Assembly: GCF_004010195.1 (NCBI RefSeq)
Contig: NC_057719.1
Location: 22,407,174 to 22,455,016, forward strand
Length of the DNA: 47,843 nucleotides
Source of the DNA: Chiloscyllium plagiosum
Lineage: Eukaryota
Direction of reading: 5' to 3'
The notes beneath the pieces are model-generated. The model was given only the letters and a program-made list of their open reading frames with translations. It had not been told where the DNA came from and ran no database searches. A program made the position numbers and the translations under genes. Shown here in pieces: positions 36,471-47,629 of the stretch (the first letter of the stretch is position 1; each line of letters opens with the position of its first letter).

Positions 36471-38447
36471 ATGGGAATGTCACAGACCAGAGTCTGTTTC
36501 GTGGACTGGATTACTTTATTGCAGTTATGGATTATATTTCTTTTGGGACTGTGCACACAAATAACTGAGGCGGATTTTTGTCCTTTGGAGTGTCGTTGCG
36601 ATAAGAAATTTGTTTACTGTAATGACCGTGGCTTGACATCAGTGCCTGCTGGGATACCAGAGGGTGCCGCTATTCTCTACCTCCAAAACAACGTCATCAA
36701 CAATGCTGGATTTCCTCTTGACTTGCGAAACGTGCAGTCTGTTCAAACGGTATACTTGTACGGCAATGAGCTGGATGAGTTCCCTGTAAACCTACCAAAA
36801 AACATGAAGGAGCTCCACTTGCAGGAGAATAATATCCAGACTGTCTCCAGGGAAGCTATTGGCCAGTTGCAGAAACTCGAAAAGCTACATCTGGATGACA
36901 ACTCCATCTCAACAGTTGGCATTGAGGATGGCGCTTTTCGAGAAGCCACCAACCTCAAGTTGCTGTTCTTGTCCAGGAACCACCTGAGCAGTGTGCCAAT
37001 TGGGCTCCCCTTAGGATTGGAAGAGCTCCGGCTGGACGAGAACCGGATCTCCATGGTGCCGGAGCTGGCCTTTCAGAATCTGACCCATCTTCAGCGCCTA
37101 GTCTTAGACGGGAACCTCCTGACTGACGGTGGGATTGCTGAGGGAGCCCTGGAGCAGCTGGTCAAGTTAACTGAACTCTCACTGGTGAGGAATTCTCTCA
37201 CTGTGCCCCCACCAAACCTTCCGGGTGGTCACTTGGTGAAACTGAATTTGCAGGAGAACCAAATCAATCAAATTCCGGTCACTGCCTTCCCACAACTGAA
37301 ACGGCTTGAGAAACTGGATCTCTCCAACAACCAGCTGCGAATGCTGGTGAGAGGAGTTTTTGATGGCATGACCAGTTTGAAACAGATTCTTTTGAGGAAT
37401 AATCCCTGGTATTGCGACTGCAACATAAAATGGGTGACCAAATGGCTGCAGTCACTTTCGTTTTCTATAAATGTGCGTGGGCTAATGTGTCAGGGTCCAG
37501 AAAAGGTCAGAGGAATGGCTATAAGAGATCTGAATATCAACCTGGTATCCTGCCCGACTATCACACCCGCTCCCCACGCCACACCCATCCCTCCTGCCCC
37601 CTTGCCATCTGCTGTGGTGACTGTCATTCCCATGACCTACACTGATGCCAACATTTCCATTCTTCCCTTTTCACCGGGGTCAACCGCTCTCGTGCCTCCC
37701 GGAGACAAAGAATTCACAGACCCTTTGCCTGTTGGACAATTGCAACTAACTGTCCAGTTCGTGAATGACACATGCATTCAAATCAGTTGGCTGGCCATCT
37801 TCACAGTGACCAAATACAGAATCACCTGGGTGAAACTGGGCCACAGTTTAGTCGGTGGCATTGTGCACGAAAGGATAGTCAGTGGAAATACGGAGCAACT
37901 AAGCTTGCTAAATCTGGAGCCGAAATCGACCTACAGGATTTGCATGGTCCTGCTGGACGCCTCAAATAATTTGCAACCGGAGGATGACACGGTTTGTTTG
38001 GAAGCCACCACAAAGTCGTCATCTTTTAACACGAACATGGCCTCCAGTCCTGAGCAGGCGGCCCAGCAGGACCTGAGCTCCCCTTTACTGTTGGCAGGCC
38101 TCATTGGGGGAGCTGTGATCATCGTGCTGGTAGCCCTGCTCAGTGTCTTCTGCTGGCACATGCACAAAAAGGGCAAATACGATTCGCACTCATGGAAGTA
38201 CAATAGAGGGAGGAGGAAAGATGACTACTGTGAGGCTGGCACAAAAAAGGACAACACAATCCTTGAAATGACTGAGACCAGTTTTCACATAGTCTCATTA
38301 AACAATGAACAAATGCTCAAAGAGGATTTTAGACTGCAGTCAATATACCCTCCAAATGGAGCAATTAACTTTACAGACTGCCACACCAGAAGCAACAGCA
38401 GATACTGTACTGGTGGTGCACCAGATTTGGAGCAATGTCATACATGA
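36471..38447 (+). CDS. FLRT2: Fibronectin leucine-rich repeat transmembrane protein 2, intronless CDS, 658 aa
   Basis: The ORF track starts at a TTG (36459); the first in-frame ATG is 36471 in strong Kozak context (GTGATGG). Architecture: signal peptide, LRRNT (CPLECRCDKKFVYC), ~10 LRRs, LRRCT (NPWYCDC...C...C), Pro/Thr stalk, FN3, TM (LLLAGLIGGAVIIVLVALLSVFCW), cytoplasmic tail. Segments NVQSVQTVYLYGN, WVKLGHSLVGGIV, FCWHMHKKG, WKYNRGRRKDDYCEAGTKKDN and terminal PDLEQCHT match recalled FLRT2 rather than FLRT1/3. Confidence 0.97.
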   Translation: MGMSQTRVCFVDWITLLQLWIIFLLGLCTQITEADFCPLECRCDKKFVYCNDRGLTSVPAGIPEGAAILYLQNNVINNAGFPLDLRNVQSVQTVYLYGNELDEFPVNLPKNMKELHLQENNIQTVSREAIGQLQKLEKLHLDDNSISTVGIEDGAFREATNLKLLFLSRNHLSSVPIGLPLGLEELRLDENRISMVPELAFQNLTHLQRLVLDGNLLTDGGIAEGALEQLVKLTELSLVRNSLTVPPPNLPGGHLVKLNLQENQINQIPVTAFPQLKRLEKLDLSNNQLRMLVRGVFDGMTSLKQILLRNNPWYCDCNIKWVTKWLQSLSFSINVRGLMCQGPEKVRGMAIRDLNINLVSCPTITPAPHATPIPPAPLPSAVVTVIPMTYTDANISILPFSPGSTALVPPGDKEFTDPLPVGQLQLTVQFVNDTCIQISWLAIFTVTKYRITWVKLGHSLVGGIVHERIVSGNTEQLSLLNLEPKSTYRICMVLLDASNNLQPEDDTVCLEATTKSSSFNTNMASSPEQAAQQDLSSPLLLAGLIGGAVIIVLVALLSVFCWHMHKKGKYDSHSWKYNRGRRKDDYCEAGTKKDNTILEMTETSFHIVSLNNEQMLKEDFRLQSIYPPNGAINFTDCHTRSNSRYCTGGAPDLEQCHT

Positions 38448-38455
38448 CCGTGCAT

Positions 38456-38461
38456 AATAAA
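38456..38461 (+). terminator. Candidate proximal polyadenylation signal
   Basis: AATAAA 8 nt after the FLRT2 stop codon; use not demonstrable from sequence. Confidence 0.2.
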
Positions 38462-39811
38462 GACCCTGCAGTTATAGGACTTTCTAGAATATATTTGTGA
38501 AATATTGTCCAGACGGATTGTGTCTGCCTACTGTGTAATTTATACAGTGTAAAAAAATTGCTATCTTTTTTATTATAAAAAAAATAAGTAGCAACAATTT
38601 TGTAATGCAGTCAAGTGATTTAAAAAAAGAGATTAAGTAAGCTGTATAGTTGTTGCTGTACAATCAAGGCCTATGTTCATAAATGATTTTTAAAAAAAAT
38701 ATGGCGGCATTTAATGATGTAGTTTCACAGTTGGGGTTTAAAACATCTTCTGAACAGTTACACTGGCACCTAATTTAAAAACTAACACATTCTGACAGTC
38801 GGTCTGATCTGCCCAGGCCATCCCTCCACCATGTTTCTCACTTTTCTGTCTTAATACTATTTGTCCCTCATTGTAGCATTGACTCCCCTTTCATCGGTAC
38901 TTTGTCCCTCAGTATGGCCAGATTGATTTGTGAGCCTAAACTTGACTGCAAGCTAGCAGTTTCGGAGGATAATCCACTCAAACCCAAAATCCATCTACCT
39001 TCCAGCCAGGAGAGCATTGCATTGCAGTCAGGAGTGGAATCTATCGATGATTTTCTGTTCTCTTATCCCCATCACCCAACCCAATCAGTAGCCATTTGTG
39101 ACCAGTTTTAGCACCTTATTAATTAGCCGTGACCAACTAACTCAGCTCAGATAGAAGTTGGTCTTCAGGACTGAAAACCACACCACACATCTAATGACCT
39201 ATTTCAGAAGATAAGCCTGATACTTCAATTGGGTGTTCGCTATTTTCAGTATAACAGATGAACAGTCTAATTTGATTGGTTTTTCATAGAGTCTTCTCAA
39301 CACTCCAGTTAAGCTCTGATCTTTCTTTTTATTCAGTGCCGTGATTAGGATTCCTCCAACAATTAGGTCAATTAAATTTATTCAATTCAAAATCTATGAT
39401 AGTCAATATTTAATACATTTGAAAAGTATGATAGTTTCATAATAATGAGGTCAGAATAGATGTAGAATTTGTTGCAGTGTCATCTTATAGTTATAGCACA
39501 TTTGTTGAAGGATATTCTCAAACAACAAAAAACTAAGTAATTCAAAAGATGCATATTTATTATTGTTGACTTGTCAAAATTTATTTGCTTTTGAGACAAA
39601 AAGTTTTCAGAGACATTTTAGTTAATAGGATTATGGCCCAGCGCTACCAAGTCATGGTAACTGAAGCATTAGGAGGGCAACTCACTCACCAATTCAGTAC
39701 ATATGAAGCTAATCATCCAGGAAGAATAAGTGTGTCATAACATCTCATGAATTGATCAGCATTACATTAGAGTTCTCACAGGTAATATGAAGCATCTACA
39801 TCTCCATTCAA

Positions 39812-40105
39812 AAATGAGGTGTCATAGATTCAAGCTCAGTGGCAGAAGGATTAGAGTGGATGTGAGGAAAAGATTTTATACAGATGGTGGGAAATATTTG
39901 CTGCCCGAGTTGGTGGTGGAGGCAGAGATCCTAAACTCTTTTGAAAAGTAACTGCATCTGTACATTAAATGCTGTAAGTTGCAAGGCTACGAGCTGTATG
40001 CAGGAAGATGGGACTGAAAAAAGGCAGCAGGGTTTCCTTGGGTCGACAGAGGCAAGGTGGGCCACATGGACCCCGTCTGTGCTGTATCATTTCAATGGTT
40101 CTGAA
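39812..40105 (+). mobile_element. CR1 3' fragment downstream of FLRT2
   Basis: CATAGATTCAAG...GATGTGAGGAAAAGATTTT...GTGGTGGAGGCAGA...GGTGGGCCACATGG..CCGTCTGTGCTGTA tail. Confidence 0.7.
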
Positions 40106-43100
40106 TGAAAGCCATTTGTTACATTTTGTACTCATTGTACAGATGAATGGGCTACAACTGGGGCATCCAATTATTTTTTAGTAATCAGGTGTCCAATTAA
40201 TTGTTGGAACAGTTGTTTAACTCTTTATTTATATTATGGTTTAAAAAACATGGTGTCATTTCTTAGTTTAGTGTGCAGATGCCATCTTTAACAGAAGTGC
40301 ATTGCTGTCGTACCAAACAAATTTTACCCATTCAGATTGGCCACTTTGCAACTAAAAACTTTCCTATTCAATACTCGGGGTGTTTATTTCTTCCTTCCAT
40401 CTCTGTCTGTCTCCCTGTGCCTTCCATGCCCCAAGAAATATGACTTATTTCCTAAGTCCCCTGTCTCCTGCCAGCTCGGCTGAGTTGGCAGCCTGAAGAG
40501 AGGGTATAAACTCCACCATCAGGAGTGGAGGTCAGGAACTCGCCATGCATAAGCACAAACTCAATCATGTACCATTCCGTGGTGTCACGACCAGACCTCC
40601 AACACTTGGGGCTCTGTGCCACAATATCTTGTTTAGTTGACGAAAAGGACAGCTTGTTAGCTGAAGAACTGTGACTTCATTTTAATATTAAGAGCACTGC
40701 ATCAACAGTATTCTATACAATGTCTGAATGATAACAGTATTTTGCCCAATTTCTGTCAGTGTTGGTAGGTAAATTATCTTGGGTATATTGATAATGAAAG
40801 CTTAGGAGTTAGAAATTCACTTAAATTTCTGATGATTATACATTTAATTAATTTAATTTGATTAATTCACATAACGCTGACCCCACTACGATGTTCATTC
40901 TTTGCATCTTCCACTTAGAAACAGACAGTTCTGAAACTGAGCCAGTTTTGAGAATAAGCAATACTGGTAAACAGACATCACACCATGGTGAACGGAATAG
41001 TAACAGAAATCCAGAATCCTTTTTTATTAAGAAAATGCCGAGAGGAAGAATGCTTAAAAATGTATTAAAATCAATTACTACTTTTGTAATACAGATGTCA
41101 GAACATGTTTGTGCAAATTACTGTGTCAAAATATTTTGGTTTAACCTTTTTTATGTTCCAAATTTTCCATAGTGCAAGGAACCAAAGTTCATTAGCTTGC
41201 ACCCTTTTGGTGTATCATGTATGTGCCTTGAATTTAAATCATAATGTTCAGTCCTTGAAATCTCCTCATTCCTCCACCCTATTATTTTGCAGAGAATGTA
41301 TGAGTACATGAAAGAAACAAAGCTTTTGTGAAAAAAATAAACAGCTATAAAAGTTGAATATTCAAAAATAAAGTCATGTGAATCATCTTAATTTCAGGTA
41401 AAGATAACTCTGTGACTTTTATGTTTGTGCAGTCTTGGAAATCTTCTCTTTGGTTCTGAGTTGTTACAGAAGCAACAAGTATCCCTTTTGTGACATAATG
41501 ACCACTTTTTACCATTTTAAAGTCTTCTAGAAAATAGACTAAAATGATTGATTTTTTTTTTAAATGAGAACAAATAGATTTTGTAGTAATTTGAAGAAAA
41601 ATAGTGACCAAGCAATTTGTGGAACAGCATATGATGACCCATGATGTGATTACAAATTCCCCTTTTAAAATACAAAATAATGTGATCATTTATTAAATTG
41701 GTTAGTGATACCTTATACAGTGCAACACATTCCTTTAGATCCAACATGCCAAGGATCTGTTGCCACTATTGACAGTTGGTTAACCCTTATTTTTTAATGG
41801 ATCATTGCACTGCAAGCTTTTTTTAAACAGCTGCTTCAGAGCCAATGTTGTAATAAAAAAATCCTTTGAAAATATTTTTTCTACTGCAAAATAGATTAAA
41901 AGGACACTTTTTTAGCTGGGTGGAAAAGACCCATTTCTGAACCTTATGGAGTTGAAGGGATCAAGGTCACTTATGCTCAGCTTTACTGTTTAGCCTTATC
42001 TAGAGCAGAAAATCTCATGTTGAGAATTCGACAGTACATTTTATGTTTTGTGTATATTTTTGTCTTGTCAAGGTGGGAGAAAGAAATCTTACGCTTTATA
42101 TATAAAATGGCTACTTGATGTAACTTATAATAATGCACAAATATACTTGTTATACTGACAGGTTGCAGAATCCAGAGATACTCTGTACCTCACTTGCATA
42201 TTCCTTACTTTCGACAAATTCTCTGTATTTCTAAAAGATTGTTTGAAGGATGTCCATAACCAAAATACAAAATAAAGTATGGTCACAACATATGCAGTGC
42301 TGGCATTAGAACAGCTTTATGTTATTTGGAATAAATAAAAGACACAGAATGGGTCAGGCTTGTGAATTTTTGCTTGCATCCTAATCTAACAATTCGAATG
42401 CCTCCACAAATTTTATGCAGTTGAGGCAGCAAGTCTTACTTTGTTGTAGCTGTAATGATTCACAGGGATGGAGAATGCTGCAATGCTAAAGGACATTTTC
42501 CCTATAAAAGAGATGCAGTGTAAGTCAGGACTGATAAAGGGTTTTAGTTTGGGCCTTTTAACTATCAAAGGAAAGCCCCTAATATTTGAGTATTATCCAA
42601 AGGCAGAGGATTGAGTTATTACTTGTGCTCATCTATAGACTTGTACATTTTTATATTCTGGCCCCCAAAATCTATCATGAATACAGTGGTTTAATTGCTG
42701 CCCTGCTGAGCTGGGACTGCCAAGAGAGAATGCCTGTTCATTCCCATTACTGGAAGCAGGGAAGAGTGATAAGACTTACTCAACACCACCTTCAACACCG
42801 TTCCCACCATCCAAGCTTACTTTAGAAGGACAGGCATTAACCAAATTTTCTTCTCCAGTGTAAGGTTCCCCTTCATTCCCCTAGAAAGACAAACTTGTAA
42901 CTTTTGGAAGGCAACAAAGGGCGGGAAAAGACTGCACCCTTTCAACGCTGAAATGAATCATACCTTCCTGGAATGTTCACCTGGAAATCCCAAATATTTT
43001 GTTTTTGACCACAACAGCTACCTTTTTTGTTTCAACCACTATTGAAATATGATACAATATGAAAGAGGATATCACTGAAAAATTGCATAACAATGTAAAA

Positions 43101-43509
43101 TAATATTGAACTTCACAGAGTGTTGGGTTCTATTGAATGGGATATTATAAAGGGATTCAGATTCCTCCATAAAACCAATAAAATCACTTAAGACACGTTA
43201 AAGCTCAGACTGGATCATCCTTAATAATACAGAACACAACGGATTTTTTGTTACCATTTCTCCCAAGAACTTCTCAGTGCACTGAAAATTGTGAAAGTAG
43301 AGACATGAATACATTTATAAATTCTAATTTAAGAACTTTTATTTTCTCTTATTTATATCTCAAAGGGAACGCACACTTTCTTGTTTTTTTACTATATTCG
43401 TCTCAGGTTTAATTACCACATGCAAATCACCACTGGTATTTAACAGAATTGTTTTTAACTGATATTCTTAAATATTAGCCCCATTCATTTCAGGATGCTT
43501 GGAGGTCCA

Positions 43510-44420
43510 GGGCACAGAGAAAGGTCCTTCAGCCCATCAAGCCTGTGCTAGTCAAAAACAAGTACCTGATTATTCTAATTTCACTTCTAGCTCTTGGCCC
43601 ATAGCCTTGTGTGCCTTGGCATTGCAAGTGTACTTCTAAATACATTTTAAATGTATGAGGGTTTCTGCCTCCACCACTCCCACAGCAGTCCCAGATTCCT
43701 GCTACCATCTGGGTGTAAAATATTCCTCACACCCCCTCGAAACCTCCTGGCCCTTACCTTAAATCTAAAGTAAGGTCACTGAAATAGTTCCATCCTGTCT
43801 ATATATGCCCCACCATGGTTTTATACACCTTAAATCATATCCCGCCTCAGTCTCCTCTATTCCAAAGAAAACAACCACATTCTACCCAATCTGTCTTCAT
43901 AACTGAACCTTGTAGCCCAGGTAATATCCTGACAAATCTCCTCTGTTCCCTCTCCAGTGCAATGCCATGACCCCTAAATTATGAATTCCAGAACTGCACA
44001 AAATATTCTTGCTGTGGTTTAACCAATATTTTTATTCAGTTCTGCCATAATCTCCCCACTTTTAAACTATATGACTTGGCTAATAAAGGCAAGTATCCAT
44101 AAGCCTTCTTAACCACTTTATCTTCTTGTTCTACTATCTTCAGATTGCTGAACATGCCTTGTGATCCTCGGTGCTCCCCATTCATCAAGTATTCTCTTGC
44201 ATTGTTTGTCCTGCCCAAGTACATTACCTCACATTTACCCATTTAACACTGATCAACCCATCTGACTCTCCCATCTTCTTGATCTAAGGTTGGCCTCCCC
44301 ATTGTTATCACCCTGCCAATTTCTTTATTTGCTACAAACTTACTGAGCAACCCTCTGAGCTTCAAGTGTGGATCATTTATAAGTACTGAAACATGCAAGG
44401 GCCCCAACACTTATCCTTAC
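43510..44420 (-). mobile_element. CR1 fragment
   Basis: Minus ORF KCEVMYLGRTN..REY.MNG...DKVVKKAYG.L; tail GGTCCTTCAGCCCATC. Confidence 0.85.
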
Positions 44421-45234
44421 CCAGATTGATTTTCACAACTGGTGATTGTTCCCTACTGGTCACTCTTCATGTTGAAAGCTTTAACAGTATGTCCTGGCAG
44501 AATACATTCCCAAAGTCATTCCCATCCTGGTCCACATCACATTCTCACAGTTTCAATACAGGATAGTAGCCAACAATTAAACATGGGAAGTCTCCAGTGT
44601 TTGAAACCATCTGTCCCTGAACAAGTGGCACTGATATCAATAGTAGAATCTCCACTGTAAGACAATGGTAGCCCTTCCTCCACACTGTAGAATACATTCA
44701 CCTGTGAGTTATGTTGTGGAAGTAGAGAAGTTGATATGAATGCATCAAATCCTGTTGCAGTCTATCTCTTTCCATTTCTACAACACTTTTCATGATAGCA
44801 GGATCTCCTGGAGCATGTTATAGCCAAACCGAAAGCCAATTTGTGCACAAAAATACCACATTACCAAAAAAGATCATGGCTGAGTGATTTGTTTTAAGGA
44901 AGCCCTATGACTCAGTGATAGCATCCCCAGTTCTGTGCCAGAAGCTGCAATTTCAATTCCTACACTAAGATATTTGGCCATGGAGGGTTTGTTTGTAATG
45001 TGGTCAAACAGATTGATTATCAGCCTGTAAATACACATCCTAATGGCTGGCTGAGTAAGAGTGGGAGAGTTTCCTGGACACACAGCTATCTTGCAATCAC
45101 AAAAAACTGCCAAGCTTTGCCCATCAGTATGGATCAATCCAATAGAAGCCCATGGCTCAAACCTCAGAAGCAAGTTTGGGAGAAATGATGGACAGGGAAT
45201 TGCTTGTAGATTTATTGGTTGAGGCCAGCAAGGA

Positions 45235-45445
45235 CAGCATCCTGTTCTTCTTTAAAAATGATCTTTTTATGTTCATCTGTATGAGCAGATGAGGATGAAG
45301 CTTGCTTTTAAAATCTCAGCCAGCAAGTGTCCGAGAGCAGAATTTCCTCAAGAATCCATTATGAGTGTCAGTTTAGGTTTTTGTGTTCAAGTTACATGAA
45401 CTTACAAGTTTCTGACTCAGAGGCAAGAGTGCTGCCAAATAAGAC
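45235..45445 (-). mobile_element. SacSINE1-like head fragment
   Basis: GAGTGTCAG...TTTTGTGTTCAAGT...TTCTGACTCAGAGGCAAGAGTGCTGCCA. Confidence 0.65.
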
Positions 45446-45807
45446 AAGGTTGTTATTATAAAAATGCTTCACCTCCACTCCCTACTTCTCTGTGCAACAC
45501 TGCTCCTTTTGAACTTTAACTTCAATTTCATTGATGACTTACTGAATTATGTGCACATTCCTGTTATGAAAAGGTATTTGTAGGGTTAACATTAAAAGAT
45601 AATTTTTGCTGATTGGCAAACTGCCAGTAAGGATATGGGGACCAAGAATTGTTATTACAAAGAGAAAGCTTGAAAAGATTCTTGTACAAAGGCTTGTTAC
45701 AACAGAGCCAAGGACATCACTTCAAATCAAAGTTGATTACGAGTCAAAAAGGCTGTAAACTTGTAGAGTGAAAGAGCAGAGAAATGGGATGCAAATAGAT
45801 GTAAAAA

Positions 45808-46222
45808 ATCATGGAATTATTGCAGTATAAAATGAGGCCATTTGTCCCATCATACCTACCTAGTTCAATTACCAAGCACCAATCTCCTTCCTCTTCCCCA
45901 TATCTCTGCGCATCATTTTTGTCCCATCATCACCCAATTCCCTTTTGAATACTTTAATTGAACCTACCTCTGCACATTTCCAGGCAGTGTGTTTCATATC
46001 CTGACTGTTCGCTGTGTGGAAAAAAGCTTTTTTCTCACATTACTCTTGCTTTGTTTGCACATCATCTTAAATCTATACCCTCTCATTCTTTTCTTTGCAA
46101 GCCGGAACAGCTTTCTGCTTATCTATTCTGTCCAGCCTAGTCATGATCTAGAAATATCAATCAAATCTCCTCTCAGCTGCTTTCTCACCAATGAGGTTTT
46201 TTTCAGTCTATCCTCATAACTG
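45808..46222 (-). mobile_element. CR1 3' fragment
   Basis: GAGGCCATTTGTCCCATCAT tail; CAGGCAGTGTGTTTCATATCCTGAC..CGCTGTGTGGAAAA; TCAAATCTCCTCTCA. Confidence 0.7.
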
Positions 46223-46229
46223 ATAAAAG

Positions 46230-46540
46230 GAATTTACATTTGCATGACAATGCAAAGCTCATCACAGTCAATGAGATACTTTCAAAGTGAAGTCCCTGTT
46301 GAAAATTAGCCAAACATGACCACCAAATTTGGATATATCAAGCCCCCATAAAGAACAACTAGATAAATGATCAATGTTTGAGTTAGAGTTATGGGGAAAA
46401 AAAACACTGGCCAGGTTACTGGTGACATGCATCTGCTCTTTGTATTAACTTTTGCATTCATCTAAGACATGAGATAGGTGCCCAGTTGAATGTTCCTTTA
46501 GACAGTCTCTCAGCACTGTATTTAAGTTTCATTCGAGGAT
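46230..46540 (-). mobile_element. SacSINE1/Deu-domain SINE, degenerate
   Basis: CAATGAGATACTTTCAAAGTG.AGTC, CTGGCCAGG..ACTGG, CTCTCAGCACTG. Confidence 0.55.
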
Positions 46541-46635
46541 AAAACCTGGTATTTATAGCTTAATACGGTCACCACCAGGATGTGTGGGTTTGGGGGGAGA
46601 GTGATCTTCAGAAAGCCCACCCACAATCCTGACAG

Positions 46636-47110
46636 TTTTCCTCCAGCTAACTATAAGGTCACCCTTCAGCCTCCAATGTTCCAGGGGAAATAGCCCCTGG
46701 CAACATCCTTGTAAATCTTTTCTGAATCCTTTCAAGTTTCACAACAACCTTCTTATAGCGGGGAGACCAGAATTGCACACAGTATTCCAAAAGTGGCCTA
46801 ACTAATGTCCTGAGCCTCATTCCTGATGATGGATTTATGCCTGAAATGGCCATTCTCCTGCTCCTTGGATGCTGCTGACCTGCTGTGCTTTCCCAGCACT
46901 ACACTCTCAACAATGTCCTGTACAGTCGCAACATGACATCTCAGCTCCTATACTCAATGCACTGACCAATAAAGCAAATGTACTATCCATCTTCTTCACT
47001 ATCCTGTCTACCTGTCACTCCACCTTCAAGAAACTATGAGCCTGCACTCCAAGGTCTCTTTGTTCAGCGACACTCCCCAGTACTCTACGATTAAGTGTAT
47101 AAGTCCTGCA
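46636..47110 (-). mobile_element. CR1 RT C-terminal fragment split by a PLE insertion
   Basis: RTLVRPLLEYCVQFWSPRYKK.VVKLERIQKRFTRMLPG; sequence resumes at 46921 after the duplicated target. Confidence 0.9.
46813..46911 (+). mobile_element. Short PLE fragment inserted in CR1 with 9-bp target-site duplication
   Basis: AATGTCCTG at 46804-46812 and 46912-46920. Insert begins AGCCTCATTC-CTGATGA, as at 20325-20341; HHR degenerate. Confidence 0.85.
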
Positions 47111-47629
47111 ACACCTTACCTATTGTATGTAAGTTAGGGTTAATTTTGAAGACCTTTCATATCTTCTTTCAGATTGAAGAAATTAATGGACTTTAACCAA
47201 ACTTCTTTGAACGCATTAATTTTTGATTAAATCCAATTATATTCTTATTCATTCAGATGCTGTGGGCAATTTTGGATGGATCAGCATTTGTTGCTCATAT
47301 CTAGTTACCCTTGAGCTGTCTTCTGGAATTGCTGAAATTCAGTTGGTGTAGATGCACTCGCAACATTGTCAGGAAGAAATTAAATGTTAACTTGGCTTTC
47401 TTCCCAGGGGTGCTGCTAGATCTTCTTTGTTTCAGACCTCCAGCTGCCTTAGTCTGTTGTTTTAGTCCCAGGATTTGGCTCCATATTGTCATAGGTGCCA
47501 GAGATATGGCAACCAGAAGCTGAAATGTCCATCACAATCCTTTTAGTAACTCCTGGCACTGCCTGCACGACACACACTGATCGAAAGAAACCTGAATGGG
47601 TGAGCAGTGCATCTACCAGATAAAAACAA

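Noticed and set aside
36743..38203. Antisense and alternate-frame ORFs within FLRT2
   Set aside because: Shadow ORFs expected from coding-sequence codon bias.
40468..40491. 24-bp imperfect palindrome CTGCCAGCTCGGCTGAGTTGGCAG
   Set aside because: Short, isolated, two G-T pairs, no supporting context.
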